In this document: one piece after another, positions 1-12,299 of the stretch
How the letters are laid out: each line of letters begins with the position of its first letter
Numbering within the stretch: position 1 is the first letter of the stretch
Assembly: GCF_902713615.1 (NCBI RefSeq)
Contig: NC_052158.1
Location: 153,095,400-153,159,399, forward strand
Direction: 5' to 3'
DNA: 64,000 nt
Source: Scyliorhinus canicula
Lineage: Eukaryota
The notes under the pieces: model-generated
Told to the model about the DNA's origin: nothing
Database searches by the model: none
Seen by the model: the letters and a program-made list of their open reading frames with translations, nothing else
Made by a program: the position numbers and the translations under genes

Positions 1-933
1 CTGCACTCCCTGTATAGCAATAACATTTTGGCACATGTTGGAAGGATCGAGATTTTGACACTCAACTTGTTTGCCAGCGTTATGAAGGCACACTTCTTGG
101 CCATCAAGGAGTAAGGCTTCAAACCAGAGCTGCTGAGCAGCACCTCTTCTATCTACTGCACCACAAGGCCTCTTACGAACGGTTATAGCAGCTAATAATT
201 TTGCTTCATGTTCAGACAAGAATGTTTTTTTTTGTTTCAGTATTTGCCTCCGGTGTGATCAGCTATTTATACGTATCGTTTTATCCTCTTTATAAACAGA
301 GTCGTTCTGAAGTCCACTTAGGTAGTTTCTTATACGAATTTATGGCGGTCAGCTGCAATGCATATTTCTGTTGATGAATATAAATATTCAGACACGTATT
401 CATCTATCTACCTCTCCAACTGTCTACCACTCTATCTCTATAAAGGAAAAATGCAAGAAAGTCGGCATCTTTGGAAGACAAACTCACGTCTATCTTTATA
501 GCAAGTTTCTTCTTCAGAACTAGGAAAGAATTGAAAGGCAGCAGGCATTATAACAGAATCAGAATCGAGTGGCAGGGGTCTCCGCATAGAGCAAAACCTA
601 ATTTGTTGATCATTTGCAAATTGCTTGAAGGGAAAAATCAGATATATTTTACTGACAGAAACTAGCAGCTTTGATAGACAATGGAGAATTGAAATGAAAT
701 TGAAATAAGCACTTTTTGAGAGAGAAAAGCCAGTTAATTCAACAAATTTCTATTTGCTCGGGAGAATGAGTTCTACTCTGATGTATAGAGTAGATATTTA
801 TGGTTTACAACTAGAGGTTTAAACAAAGCGGGAAACATTTACATGATTGCAAAGAGCACCACCAAAAAGGGTTACTTAAATAATGGAGAAAAAACCTTTT
901 ATGACTAAACACCCGTTTCTACGTATGTGTTCA

Positions 934-1160
934 GGGGCTGGTTTAGTTCACTTAGGGGCTGGTTTAGTTCACTTAGGGGCTGGTTTAGTTCACTTAGGGG
1001 CTGGTTTAGCTCACTCAGCTAAATCGCTGGCTTTTAAAGCAAACCCGCAGGCCAGCAGCACGGTTCGATCCCCGGACATGCGCCGGAATGTGGCGACTAG
1101 GGGCTTTTCACAGTAACTTCATTGAAGCCTACTCGTGACAATAAGCGATTTTCATTTTCA
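934..1160 (+). mobile_element. Short tRNA-derived SINE with 4x tandem 21-bp head and 7-bp TSD (gtgttca)
   Basis: ggggctggtttag A-box-like head repeated four times (933-1016), ggttcgatcc B-box, tail cttttcacagtaacttcattgaagcctactcgtgacaataagcg + (ttttca)n; gtgttca at 927-933 and 1161-1167; other copies in window. Confidence 0.85.
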
Positions 1161-1870
1161 GTGTTCAAGTCGAAAAATAAAACACATGGCAACAAAGTAA
1201 AATACAGTAGATTAATAAATGGAGGAAAACATACAATAGAGAACTAAACAAACTCTCAGTTTGGAGAATTATAGAACCGTAGAACCAGAGAATCCTTACA
1301 TTGCAGAAGGAGGTCATTCGGTACATCGAATCTGCACCGAACCTCCGAAAGAGCAACTTTCTAGGCCCACTCTTCCACCCTATCCCTGTGACCCCCTTAA
1401 TCCCAGCGAACCTGCACACCGTTGAATGGAAAATGTGAGTCAGAAAAAGTTTTAATTTTTATACCAGGAATGTATTGAAATAATAGTGGCTGTAACAGAT
1501 GCCCTGACTGAAGGAGTGTCGTATCTGACAGTATATGCCATATTTTTTATTCCTGCGCCTTTGCGTTTTACTAATGTGGAAGATTTATCGAATGTCATTG
1601 TTTTATATATAATCTTGACATGAAGCGTTCAAGAAAGACTATCTTTCTGACGATTTTACTTTTAACTTGCATAATAAAGTATACTTTGCACTATTCACAT
1701 GTGACCTAAAGTTGCTAAAGTGGATAATTTTATTGTTAACAACCTAGCCTTTGTAATTTGCTTCAAACAAACTCATATATAATAAGGTTGCTGAGTAGAT
1801 TACACCTAAGATCAGGCACATGTCAAAAGCTATTGTAGATGCCTATCAACTTACATTTTGTACTCTGTAG

Positions 1871-2162
1871 TTTTGATTTCAGATCTTACCGTCTTGTGCA
1901 GACTATGATCTTTGCCATAGAAGAAATAAATAGGAGCCGTACCCTACTTCCGAATATTACAATCGGTTACAAAATTCTTGATGATTGTGCTTCAACCACA
2001 ACCGCTACGCAGGCAGCTCTGACTCTTGCCAATGGAAGGGAAGAGTTGATTTCTGCCAATGATTGTAAAGGTCTTCCCAATGTCTTGGCCATAATTGGGG
2101 GCGGTGGATCCTCCCAATCCATCGCAATTGCGCGGACAATCGGTCCGTTTGGAATGCCTTTG
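1871..2162 (+). CDS. V2R-like gene 1 exon 2
   Basis: ctgtag acceptor, ttg|gtaagg donor, 292 nt, [20 protein letters not shown]...GPFGMPL. Confidence 0.93.
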
Positions 2163-5100
2163 GTAAGGTAGGCGCTAAATGGGATTATTCTGGGTCAACC
2201 TTATATTGTATCAAGAATGTCTAATTGAATTATATTACTGTTAGAACAAGAACACAACAGGCCATGTGTGTAATATTGCATGCAGTGAACGTTTTAAATA
2301 ATAGAATGATTTTATATTTATTTTTCTCCACTATATATTGATTATATGAAGTAATGGGACCAAACAAGAAATCTAATTGTTACTTACTTCTTTGCAATTT
2401 CAATGCAATTAAGTTCAAAAAGATACTGATCAAATGACAAAGTTAATAATTTTAGTTACATGTAGTATTATATTTTTTCGCCTTTATTCTTTTTGACTAT
2501 GATTTCTATTATGTGTGGCTTATATACATTATTCTTACCCAACAGATAAGTTACTTTTCCACGTGTGCGTGTCTCAGTAATAGACAGGAGTACCCCGCCT
2601 TTTATAGGACAATACCAAGTGATTACTATCAGTCCAAGCTTTTGGCCCAACTTGTGAAAAGGTTTGGGTGGACATGGATCGGAACCGTTAGAAGTAACAA
2701 TGACTATGGTAATTTTGGAATGGAAGCTTTTCTGGAAGACATTGAAGAACTGGGAATTTGCCTGGCTTTCTCGGTCTCCTTTTCCCGCACCGATCCGAGG
2801 GAGAAGGTAGCAGAGATTGTTCAGGTTATCAAAAAGTCGACAACAAAAGTAGTTGTCGTGTTTTCAGCCAAAAGAGAAATGCGGATTTTGTTAAGAGAAA
2901 TTGTACGTCAAAACGTGAGCGGCATACAGTGGATAGGAAGCGAGGCTTGGGTGACAGCAGAGTTACTTACTGCAGAGGAAAGTACTAATTTCCTGACTGG
3001 GACAATAGGGCCTGCCATCCATTTGGCAGAAGTGATAGGATTGCGAGAATTCCTTCTGCAGGTTCACCCATCTGCAGCGCCCGACAACAGTTTTGTGACG
3101 GAATTTTGGGAAACAACATTCAAATGCACCCTACAGTCGGACAGCGGGTTTGAGTCAGATGCTGCTCCTGAAATTCCTCAGTGTACAGGTCATGAATCGT
3201 TACACGGAGTAAACAATGCATATTCTGATCTAAGCATGGATGGGAGTTCCTACAACGTTTATAAAGCAGTCTATGTCTTCGCCCACGCTGTGCATGACCT
3301 GCTTGCCTGTAAAGATGGAAAAGGTCCGTTTACAAATGGCACTTGCGCGCACATTTCTACCTATGAACCCTGGCAGGTAGGAGAAGCAAATCTAAAACTT
3401 GTACTAATGTATAGAAAAAAAACACATTAATTGATAAATCCCCTTACTAGACTGGTCAGAAGCTCTCAAGAAACTTCTCTGATGCCCTGAATTACTCTTT
3501 GAAGGCTATAAGACCATAAAGCTATAAGGCTATAAGCTGCGAGTATGTTTCTTGTATTGACCAAATGACCACACAACCAGTCTGTTTGTTCAAAAGACAG
3601 TTTATTATTAATCACAAGACTTATCTATATGTGCAATGATATATGCAGCTGTGCATTAAACAAAACCTATCAACTAAGATGACCTTTACTTAACTTCTGG
3701 GTGACCGGCTCTGTGCAGGTAGATAAGGCTTTTATCTGAATCCCCACATGTGTCGGCTGGAAGTCATCAGGTTCGTCTCAGCTGCAGCTCGTCTCTCTCA
3801 GATCGCAATCGTGGGTCTTGAACTTGGCTGATCGTTATGCTGCAGTTGGCGTGGGCACAGGCCAGTCCCAAAAGAGACTGATCACTAGTTGTGCAGTGCC
3901 TCTTATCCTTCTCCTTTTTTGCACCCTATTGGGCGGGTCAACTCAGGATCCAATGGATTGATAGGGTCTCGATCACCCTAATCAATTCTGGCCAATTAGG
4001 GGCGGGTACCTCGATGGCTGGGCGGGTCCTAGTTACCATAGACCCAAGTACGTATGCCTTTCCAAATAAAGGAAGTGGCGCCGGCGAGTCTGCTACTGTT
4101 GCAATTCCTTGATTTGAGTCGATTGTCCTGGGGAAATCGGTGATTGACCTTTAACAGGTGCAAGTTTCAGTTCGGTCTGGTTTTCCTTTGCGGGTGTACT
4201 TTCCTGTGTACTTTCTGTGTGCCAATTTGACCACAATTCCCATTATCCTTTGTGGGTGGCCATTTTAGATGCCCACAACAGCTCTTGGCCGGTAATGAAT
4301 TCCACAGATTCCCTACTCTCTGAGGGCAGAAACTCCTCTTCCTCTCGCTCTTCAATGGGCGAACCCTTACTCTGAGATTGTGCCCTCTGGTGCGAGACTC
4401 TCCCACAAGAGAAAACAACCGATTTTATTATCATGTAGCCCAATTCAGTTAATCTGCACTCAGCAATGTCCACAATAGGGAAATATGATTTTTCTAGATT
4501 ATCGAGCATTTCCATTCCATTCTAAGTATGTTTTACTGTCTTGTTTAAGACAAGAGAGTCTCTGATCTTCGTGATTAGTGCAATGACTTAAAGCTTGCAC
4601 CAGTGGACCCGAAATGTCCCCGACAGGGGCTGGGTTAGCACAGTGGGCTTGTAATGCAGAACAAGACCAGCAGCACGGGTTCAATTCCTGTTCCAGTCTC
4701 CCCGAACAGGCACCGGATGTGGCGACTGGGGGCTTTTCACAGTAACTTCATTGAAGCCCCCTTGTGACAATAAGTGGTTATTATTATTATTATTACTACA
4801 TGGAGGCATCCCGTCCATGCGGGACTATTCCTAAACCCAAGACTATTATGTCCGCAATATTTGTTTACGGCTGGAACTGCCGACCTTACAATTTCGTGCC
4901 GTGAATTCAATCAAACTTGATATTAAGTAGCGGACGCGATGGAGGGTAGTTCGAATCATTCTCAAAGCCAGAGGGGCCAATGTCAAGAACCCATGTGGAT
5001 GCCCGCCGAGGTTGGGACTGTGTTGTAGAAAAGAGGAGATTGGAAGAGGGAGCTTGGAACAGGCCCTATGATTACAAAAGGGTTAAATGCAAGCGAAAAC

Positions 5101-8100
5101 CCTTTTACTTGGGGAGTGGTAAGAAAATATCAGTGGTGAAATAATGAAGTCATTAAAATTCAGCAGACCCGTCTCAACCAAAGTGTGATAAGAATGTGAA
5201 TTGCGTTACCACGAGGAAGTAAATTGCATTATGCATTTGAAGGGAATGTAAATAGGCAACCAAAAGGAGAATAGAATTGAAGAAACTGGTGTTCAGGTGT
5301 GTTCAACTCGAGTGGGTGGATGCTCATATGGAACATAGACACCAGTAAGGACCAGTTGGGCCCAATGGCCTGATATAGCATGATGAGTTTCAGGTAATTC
5401 TATGAAGAATGCAGATACGTCGGAGAAGATGCCTTTGTAGGCGTTAATTCTGTTTGTCATTCTTTTCGCTTTCGTTGACAATGATTGAACTACTTGACAA
5501 ATCGATACGAGTAATGTAAGTCGAGTGATGCGTGAAGATTGGTGGTCTTGGTCATGTTTATCAATTCTCTTTACTTTATTTTAGTACCATTAATTGAACG
5601 GTCTTAAATTCTTGCCAGGATAAGCCCGAAAGGGTATTTTGACATTGTAATATAGCAAAACCTAAATGTGTGTCTCATTCTCAATTAAACCATCCTCGTC
5701 CTTCGCTTTTTCAGCTACTTCATTATATGCAGGCAGTTAACTTTACAACTACATCCGGGGAAACGGTCTACTTTGAGTCCAGCGGGGATCCAGTGGCTAT
5801 CTATGACTTGATGAACTGGCAAGTCAATACAAATGGTTTCCCGGAGATTGTGAATGTTGGCTATTACGATGCTTCCGCATCTTCCGGACAGGCAATCGTT
5901 CTAAATGAAAAAGCTATTGTGTGGAATGGCGGGAAAAACAAGGTGTGCCCATTGTAGAATTAAGGAAATATCTTGTACTGTAGGAGTCCATTCGGTCGGT
6001 ATCGCCTCTACCGACGTTTTCCGAAGAGCATTTGTGCTGCACTCAATCCCCCGTTTTAATTCTTAACCCTGTAATTATCTCATGCTGAATACCATCTCCA
6101 AATCAGTTTGAAAACTGTTTATGGAACTTCGAAAAGGAGTAGGCCATTGATCTCCTCAAGCGTTCAATGTGATCATGGCGGATCTGCGGCGGAACTCCAT
6201 TTACTCGCCGTGCTCCCATATTCCTTAATCTTTTAGGAAAACAGCTGCCTATCAATCTCAGATTTAAAATGAACAGTTGATCGAGCGTCAATTTCCCCTT
6301 ATGGAGGAAAGTTCTAAACTTCCGGCGCACTTTGTGTAGGCGCGATTCCTAATCACAGTGCTGGTTTAGACTATGTGGTAGATACTCATCCTGGTCGCCG
6401 CTCGAGATATTTTGCGAGATTTTATATTTATGATATATGATTATTGGTCCGCTCGCCATAGCAAATAACTGTTTCTATTCTATCAAAATCTCCCCCACAT
6501 TTAAAACCTTTATTAGCTCATCGGTTAACCTTTACTCTTCCAAGGCCATGATTATTTTTAACCACTCGACAACTAAGTTCTATGTTCCTATAAAATTCTG
6601 TTAAACGTCCTCTGTACCCTTTCTAAAACATTGTCATCTTTCCGCGAAGCCTTGTGATTTGCAACGTTGACGTTTGTTTTATACTGTATAATCCTCTATT
6701 TATATATTCTGGTACCCTGATGCTTTTACACCACGCTATCACGGTTTCTGCTCCTATTGGAGATTATTTTCAGGGACACCACGGTATTTTTGTTGAATAA
6801 AGTGCTGGGGTGAATCAATGCTCGAAGCAAGATACCGTCACGTGCCCCATGTCTATTCCAGTCGTGAAAACTCCAACGTCACATTAGTCTTTTAAATGTT
6901 ATTTCTGTAGCTGTCTACTGTGTTTAAGGATTCCTATACACCTAGTCACATGCGTTCATGTTCACCCATTGCCCCTGCTGTCTTTCTATCGATTAAACGC
7001 TCTCTAATCTATCGTTCCCACGTCCATATTGGACGATCACGCATTTCGTTTTGGCTTCACACTCAATCTGATATTGCTTTGCCCAATAACCTTATCTATC
7101 ACTGCCCCCTTGGAACTTTTTGCTCTCTCTTTGTTAATTACTGTGCTATCGTTATGTTAATCTAGTGATATCGGCCAATTTTTATATACGGCCCGTTATT
7201 CGTTCGTTTTAGGGATTTATAAACCTTCTGAGATGCTGCTGAGCCTGATCGATGCCACAAGTCCCATGTTTCCACTTTGGCACACACTCTTTTACTCCGA
7301 CTTCCTGCCTCCTGCCACTTAACCAATCCATCCCTCATGTGAATGAGTTATCTAGAATTCCACGCCTTCTCTATTCAGTTTGTCTTCTGCCGTTCGGAAA
7401 TTTATCAGTTAGTTCTGTTATATGATTAGAAATCGCAACGTACTACTAATTGCGGAAATATTTTCTTAAATGTGTTGTAGCTGTGAAGATAAATATAAAA
7501 CATTTGTGATAATAACAACAGTACATTTAATGTCATGTTCAAATACACACCGCACACTGCACAATATAAAGTTCAGTTTTCGATGCAAAGGTCTCAACTT
7601 TGCAACATGTTTTTCTTCGTTTGCATATTCAATCCTTTGCTAAACTCCACTTGTGATAAACTGTAAAAAAGACGGATGATGACCCGTGCACCACTACTTT
7701 CCCCGTACCGGTTCTTGAAATTAGAAATATTTAAATCGTGTTTTGCGCTTTGATGTGCAATATTACATGTAACATTATATAAACGTTGCTATCACATTTT
7801 CTTCAGGTTCCACGTGCAATTTGCTCCGAAAGCTGCCTCCCGGGCACACGGAAAGTCTCCAGGAAGGGACAGCCGGTCTGTTGCTTTGACTGCATCGGAT
7901 GCCCTGCCGGTGAGATCAGTAACACCACAGGTATGCCAAACCTTAAATTTCAACATTACCTTTCTAAGTCTCTCATTAGGATGCTTCAAATCGCTTAACT
8001 TCGTTTACTACGATTTATCCTAGATGCTTTAGACTGCATTACGTGTCCACTGGAATACTGGCCCAACCCGAACAAAGACAAATGCTCCCCGAAAGAAATC

Positions 8101-8928
8101 GAGTTTCTCTCTTTTGAAGAAACCCTGGGAATCGTATTAGTGGCACTCGCGTTATGTGGCATCTGTGCCACTATAGCAACAGCTGGCGTTTTCCTTCAGT
8201 ACAAGGAGACTCCCATTGTGAAGGCTAACAATTCCGAGCTCAGCTTCCTTCTTCTCTTCGCATTAACCCTTTGTTTCCTGTGTTCCCTTACTTTTATTGG
8301 CCAACCATCATTTTGGTCCTGTATGTTACAACGTGTATCATTTGGCATAACCTTTGTCTTATGCATTTCTTGTGTTTTGACAAAGACCATTCTTGTACTG
8401 ATGGCCTTTACAGCGACGCTTCCTAACAACAATCTAATGAGGCGGTTTGGGCCTACACAACAACGCTTTGGCGTCTTTGGTCTCACATTTATTCAAGGCT
8501 TCATATGCACCATATGGCTAAGTATAGCGCCACCATTTCCAATGAAAAACACTAGCTATTACAGGGAAATTATCATTTTGGAATGTCATGTGGGGTCCAC
8601 GACGGCCTTTTATTGCGTGTCGGGTTATATTGCATTGCTGTCCTGTGTTTGCTTTGTTCTTGCATTTCGAGCCAGGAAACTGCCCGATAATTTCAACGAG
8701 GCCCAGTGCATAACCTTTAGCATGCTTATCTTCTGTGTCGTTTGGATAGCATTCATTCCAGCCTACGTGAGCTCTCCTGGGAAATATACTGTAGCTGTAG
8801 AAGTATTTGCTATTCTGGCATCCAGTTTTGCTTTGCTTCTCTGTATTTTCATTCCTAAATGCACCATTATACTGTTGAAACCAGAGACTAACACAAGAAA
8901 ACATGTAATGTCCAAACTACCTTCATAA
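1871..8928 (+). CDS. V2R/OlfC-like class C GPCR gene 1 (CaSR-related chemoreceptor), 5'-partial: join(1871..2162,2546..3376,5715..5942,7807..7930,8024..8928)
   Basis: GT-AG exons of 292/831/228/124/905 nt splice in frame without stops; Venus flytrap motifs ([44 protein letters not shown]), cysteine-rich domain (CSESCLPG...CCFDC), 7TM ([32 protein letters not shown]). No exon 1 seen in 1-1870. Confidence 0.95.
2546..3376 (+). CDS. V2R-like gene 1 exon 3
   Basis: aacag acceptor, cag|gtagga donor, 831 nt, [11 protein letters not shown]...YEPWQ. Confidence 0.95.
3538..4280 (-). mobile_element. Putative solo LTR in gene 1 intron 3
   Basis: TG...CA termini, minus-strand AATAAA (tttatt 3601-3606) near its 3' end, non-coding, interrupts a minus-strand CR1 3' remnant; no clear TSD. 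Confidence 0.45.
4281..4400 (-). mobile_element. CR1 LINE ORF2 C-terminal fragment
   Basis: minus-strand [11 protein letters not shown]...[11 protein letters not shown] motif. Confidence 0.75.
4626..4797 (+). mobile_element. Short tRNA-derived SINE
   Basis: same head and tail as 934-1160, ends in (tta)n. Confidence 0.8.
5715..5942 (+). CDS. V2R-like gene 1 exon 4
   Basis: ttttcag acceptor, aag|gtgtgc donor, 228 nt, [10 protein letters not shown]...[13 protein letters not shown]...WNGGKNK. Confidence 0.93.
6120..7400 (-). mobile_element. Highly degraded CR1-like LINE remnant in gene 1 intron 4
   Basis: 3' tail-like ggagtaggccatt at about 6136 and scattered eroded ORF2-like blocks; boundaries approximate. 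Confidence 0.5.
7807..7930 (+). CDS. V2R-like gene 1 exon 5 (cysteine-rich domain)
   Basis: cttcag acceptor, cag|gtatgc donor, 124 nt, [16 protein letters not shown]...[17 protein letters not shown]. Confidence 0.95.
8024..8928 (+). CDS. V2R-like gene 1 exon 6 (7TM)
   Basis: cctag acceptor after 93-nt intron, [15 protein letters not shown]...MSKLPS*; ATTAAA at 8978-8983. Confidence 0.95.
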
Positions 8929-10089
8929 ATCTGTAAAAGGCTGAACATTTGAATACTTTATTGAACATTCCAATATCATTAAAACACATTCTGTTGCCTG
9001 TAATTTCACGTTAACAGCATTGCTCCAAACCTTAGCACGGACAGACAGTTCCATTCTACTTTAGAGGATGGTTATGCATTTGCTTCTGTCAGTGACATAG
9101 AATGTTAGCTTTACAGAAACAATAATTAATGTGGTATAGTTGCAACAAAATGTAGTTTAAACAACTTTTTCAATGGATTTATGCTGTCACTAACATGCTA
9201 CAGCGTGTAGCAATAATGGATTATTGTAATATTCTCTAAATGTTTAGCTGAAGGAATGAAATATAATTGGCATTCGAAGTTTCACAGCAGTGGTTTTCAC
9301 ATAAAGAACGTTCCTGTAAATTGACTCGCCGTGTACCTTTGTTGAAGAGACTATATCTGAACAACATTAACTGTACAATATTGGGTTCAATCTCAGCCTT
9401 GGCGAGGTATCTAACCTCCAGCTCCAGCGGCCCTGCAAGTATCATGAGCAGCCTACTGCCTTGATATTCATAACTGATACAGATCCTAAGCACTACAAAA
9501 TTGCAGAAAGGTTACAGAACTGAAGGAGCTAATTCAACTTCTCGTATCTGTGCTGGGTCTTTGAAGGGGCAATTCACTTAGTACCTGTTTTCTCCCAGTA
9601 GCCCTGCACATCCTTCCTTTACTGGTGATAATCAACAGCTATTCCGTATTCTAGTTAAGAATTGAGTCTGAAAATCCCGAGAAGCCATGATCTGAATGGG
9701 GATGATTAATTCAAATATGCATATAATATGCTGCTACAGTACCAGGCCATGTAGGCTTTTCTAGTTCCCGAATATCGTGGAATATCGTACCAGCTAAAGA
9801 TCTTCAGCTTTGACCAATAACCAAGGATATGTAATGCCTATCATCAGGATTCAAATCCAAGATGATTATTATATAAAATAAGAGTAAAATGATAATACTG
9901 TATAGCTCCTGTAAGTATGTTGAGTTATATGCACCCCTCATGCTCTCGGGTCCATTTCAATATTGGCCGTGATGTGTTCCCCCTTTAATTAACTGAGGAC
10001 AATATGTTCAATATGTTTCTTTCTTAAATATTGCAAAGTTCGAAAGGAACAGTATCGAGCACAACTTGACACTGAGACACAGAAAATGA

Positions 10090-10400
10090 TATCAGGGTAG
10101 CTGAGCAACGTTTTGCTTAATGACGTGAGTTCCCATGCATGTTTGAAAGGAGGCGAAAGTGGTGAAGAGTTTGAGAGGTTTGCGGTAGGAATTCCAGAGT
10201 TTACGGTAGGAATCCCAGAGTTTACGGTAGGATTTCCTGAGTTTAAGGTCTTGGAAATTGAAACCAGGGCCGCTAATGTGGAGCGATTAATATCGGAGAT
10301 TCGCAAAAGACCAGAAATGGTGGTGACATCTATTGGGGCTGAGTGAAGAGGGTGGAGGCGCGAAAGTTGGAGTAACAGCTATCCTGGTCGGTATATAAAA
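10090..10400 (-). mobile_element. Degraded L2-like LINE fragment with internal 3x 21-bp tandem repeat (about 10177-10245)
   Basis: gagtttacggtaggaattcca units; flanks resemble minus-strand L2 ORF2 end (LWNSLP region); family from recall. Confidence 0.5.
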
Positions 10401-10509
10401 TACAAATTATTTTTCTAATCGTCAGATATAGCACAGATGTTGAATACCGGCCAGTGGTTTAAATAGAATGTTCAAACTCGAGGAAATCGGGAAGAAAACA
10501 TCAAGTGTA

Positions 10510-11085
10510 CAAGACATTGGTAAGACCACACATGGGATACTGTGTTCAGTTCTGGTCAGCCTATTATAGGAAGGATATTGTTAAACTAGAAAGAGTGCAG
10601 AAGAGATTTACCAGGATGCTATGAGGACTTGATGGTCTGAGGTATAAAGAGAGACGGGATAGGGTGGGACTTTTTTCCCTGGCGCGGAGTAGGCTTGGGG
10701 TGCCCTTATAGATAGAGGTCTATAAAACAATGAGGAGCATAGATAAGGTAGATGGTCAACATATTTTCCCAAAGGTAGATGAGTCTAGAACTAGAGGGCA
10801 TAGGTTTAAGGTGAGAGGGGAGAGATACAAAAGAGACCAGGGGGGAAATTTCTTCACACAGAGGGTGGTGAGCATCTGGAACGGGCTGCCAGAGGCAGAG
10901 GTAGAGGCGGGTACAATTTTGCCCTTTAAAAAGCAGTTAGACAGTAACATGGGCAGGGTCGGTATAGAGGGAGACGGGCCAAATGCGGGCAACTGGGACT
11001 AGCTTAGTGATAGAAACTGGGCGGCATGGAGCAGCTGGGCCGAAGGGCCTGTTTCCGTGCTGTAAACATCTATGACTTCATGACT
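10510..11085 (+). mobile_element. CR1 LINE 3' fragment
   Basis: LVRPH-like block then SRTRGHRFKV...FFTQRVVSIWNGLP and gggccgaagggcctgtttccgtgctgta tail. Confidence 0.85.
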
Positions 11086-12004
11086 CGATAATTGGGAGAA
11101 AATGCGTGCGACCGAAAAACGTCGTGGGAATTGCGAGGCGGGATTTTGTCCCTTTTAATAATAATCATGGAACAGGTTCATTTCGGTGCCAAAACTGCAC
11201 ATTTGCCATCAACACGCCCTGACATTCCTGGAGGTGTTGTTCTCCCTGATTGGTCGCCGCCAAACCTGGCGTCCCATTAAGGAAGGTTAGGAGGTATCGG
11301 TTCAGTCAGAGGGCTGGAGCACTGTAACGGTGGCCTCGCTGGCTGTCGGTGGGGATGCACAGGAATATCTCAGTGTCGAAGTGTTCTTTGAAGTGGTTGA
11401 ACTTTTATAGAAAAGAAACCGCGGTTAAAGCTGCCAGGACATCACTGTGACCCACTGTGTCAGCTTTGGAGGAGAAATTTAAAGAGGGTGGTGCGCACCC
11501 AACACTAATCACCTTGCTGATTGGCTGCACACCTCCGCGGGAAGACTGTGTTCGTGCAAAGCGACCGTCACTTAAAGCGAGACTGTACTATTTAAAGTCA
11601 CACTGAATCTCTTAATTGATGGGTACATTTGGCCCATGACGGTATTGGAAATTGTTGAAGGAGCGTTTTTGACCGGAAAGACTAGATGAAGTAGCACAAG
11701 AGACCAGAGATCATTCCATGCAACACCGGAAGCTGTGCTGGTGAATGTTTCCGGGAGGAGTGACTTCCTCTTCCTAGAGGGCACGAGGAGTTCTCGAGAC
11801 AAACATTACAAAGGGAGTGAGAGCAGATCGCTGGGATGATTGGTTTATACCTGCTTCTTCTGAGAATCTGGATGAAGTGCAGCAAAATGTTAATTGATTC
11901 CCTTAAGTGGAGAGTCACTCTGCGCAGCTTCAAATGCCATATTCTGACAGAGGAACAGCCAGTCTCACATACTGTTCCATTCACCCACACCTTCATAACT
12001 TACA

Positions 12005-12191
12005 TAATAATAATAATATAATAACAATCGCTTATTGTCACAAGTAGGCTTCAATGAAGTAACTGTGAAAGCCCCTAGTCGCCGCATTCCGGTGCCTGTT
12101 CAGGGAGTCTGGTACAAATATTGAACCCGCGCTGCTGGCATTATTCTGCATTACAAGCCAGCTATTTAGCCCACTGTGCTAAACCAGCCCC
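12005..12191 (-). mobile_element. Short tRNA-derived SINE
   Basis: reverse complement of 934-1160 family with (taa)n tail. Confidence 0.8.
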
Positions 12192-12299
12192 TCAAAGCTT
12201 TGCCTCGCCCCCACATGTTTAATAAACTCTGTTGCAAGACTCACACTCACATTCAACAGTTTGTACACACTGAAAGCTAATCAACTACATTCCGAAGCA

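Noticed and set aside
933-1016. 21-bp tandem repeats here and at about 10177-10245 as a CRISPR-like array
   Set aside because: No spacers; eukaryotic retroposon-internal duplications
1-1870. Exon 1 of gene 1
   Set aside because: No signal peptide plus GDxxxGG exon found; presumed upstream of the window
8196-8948. Antisense ORFs over 7TM exons (also 29862-30227)
   Set aside because: Shadow ORFs of the V2R coding strand
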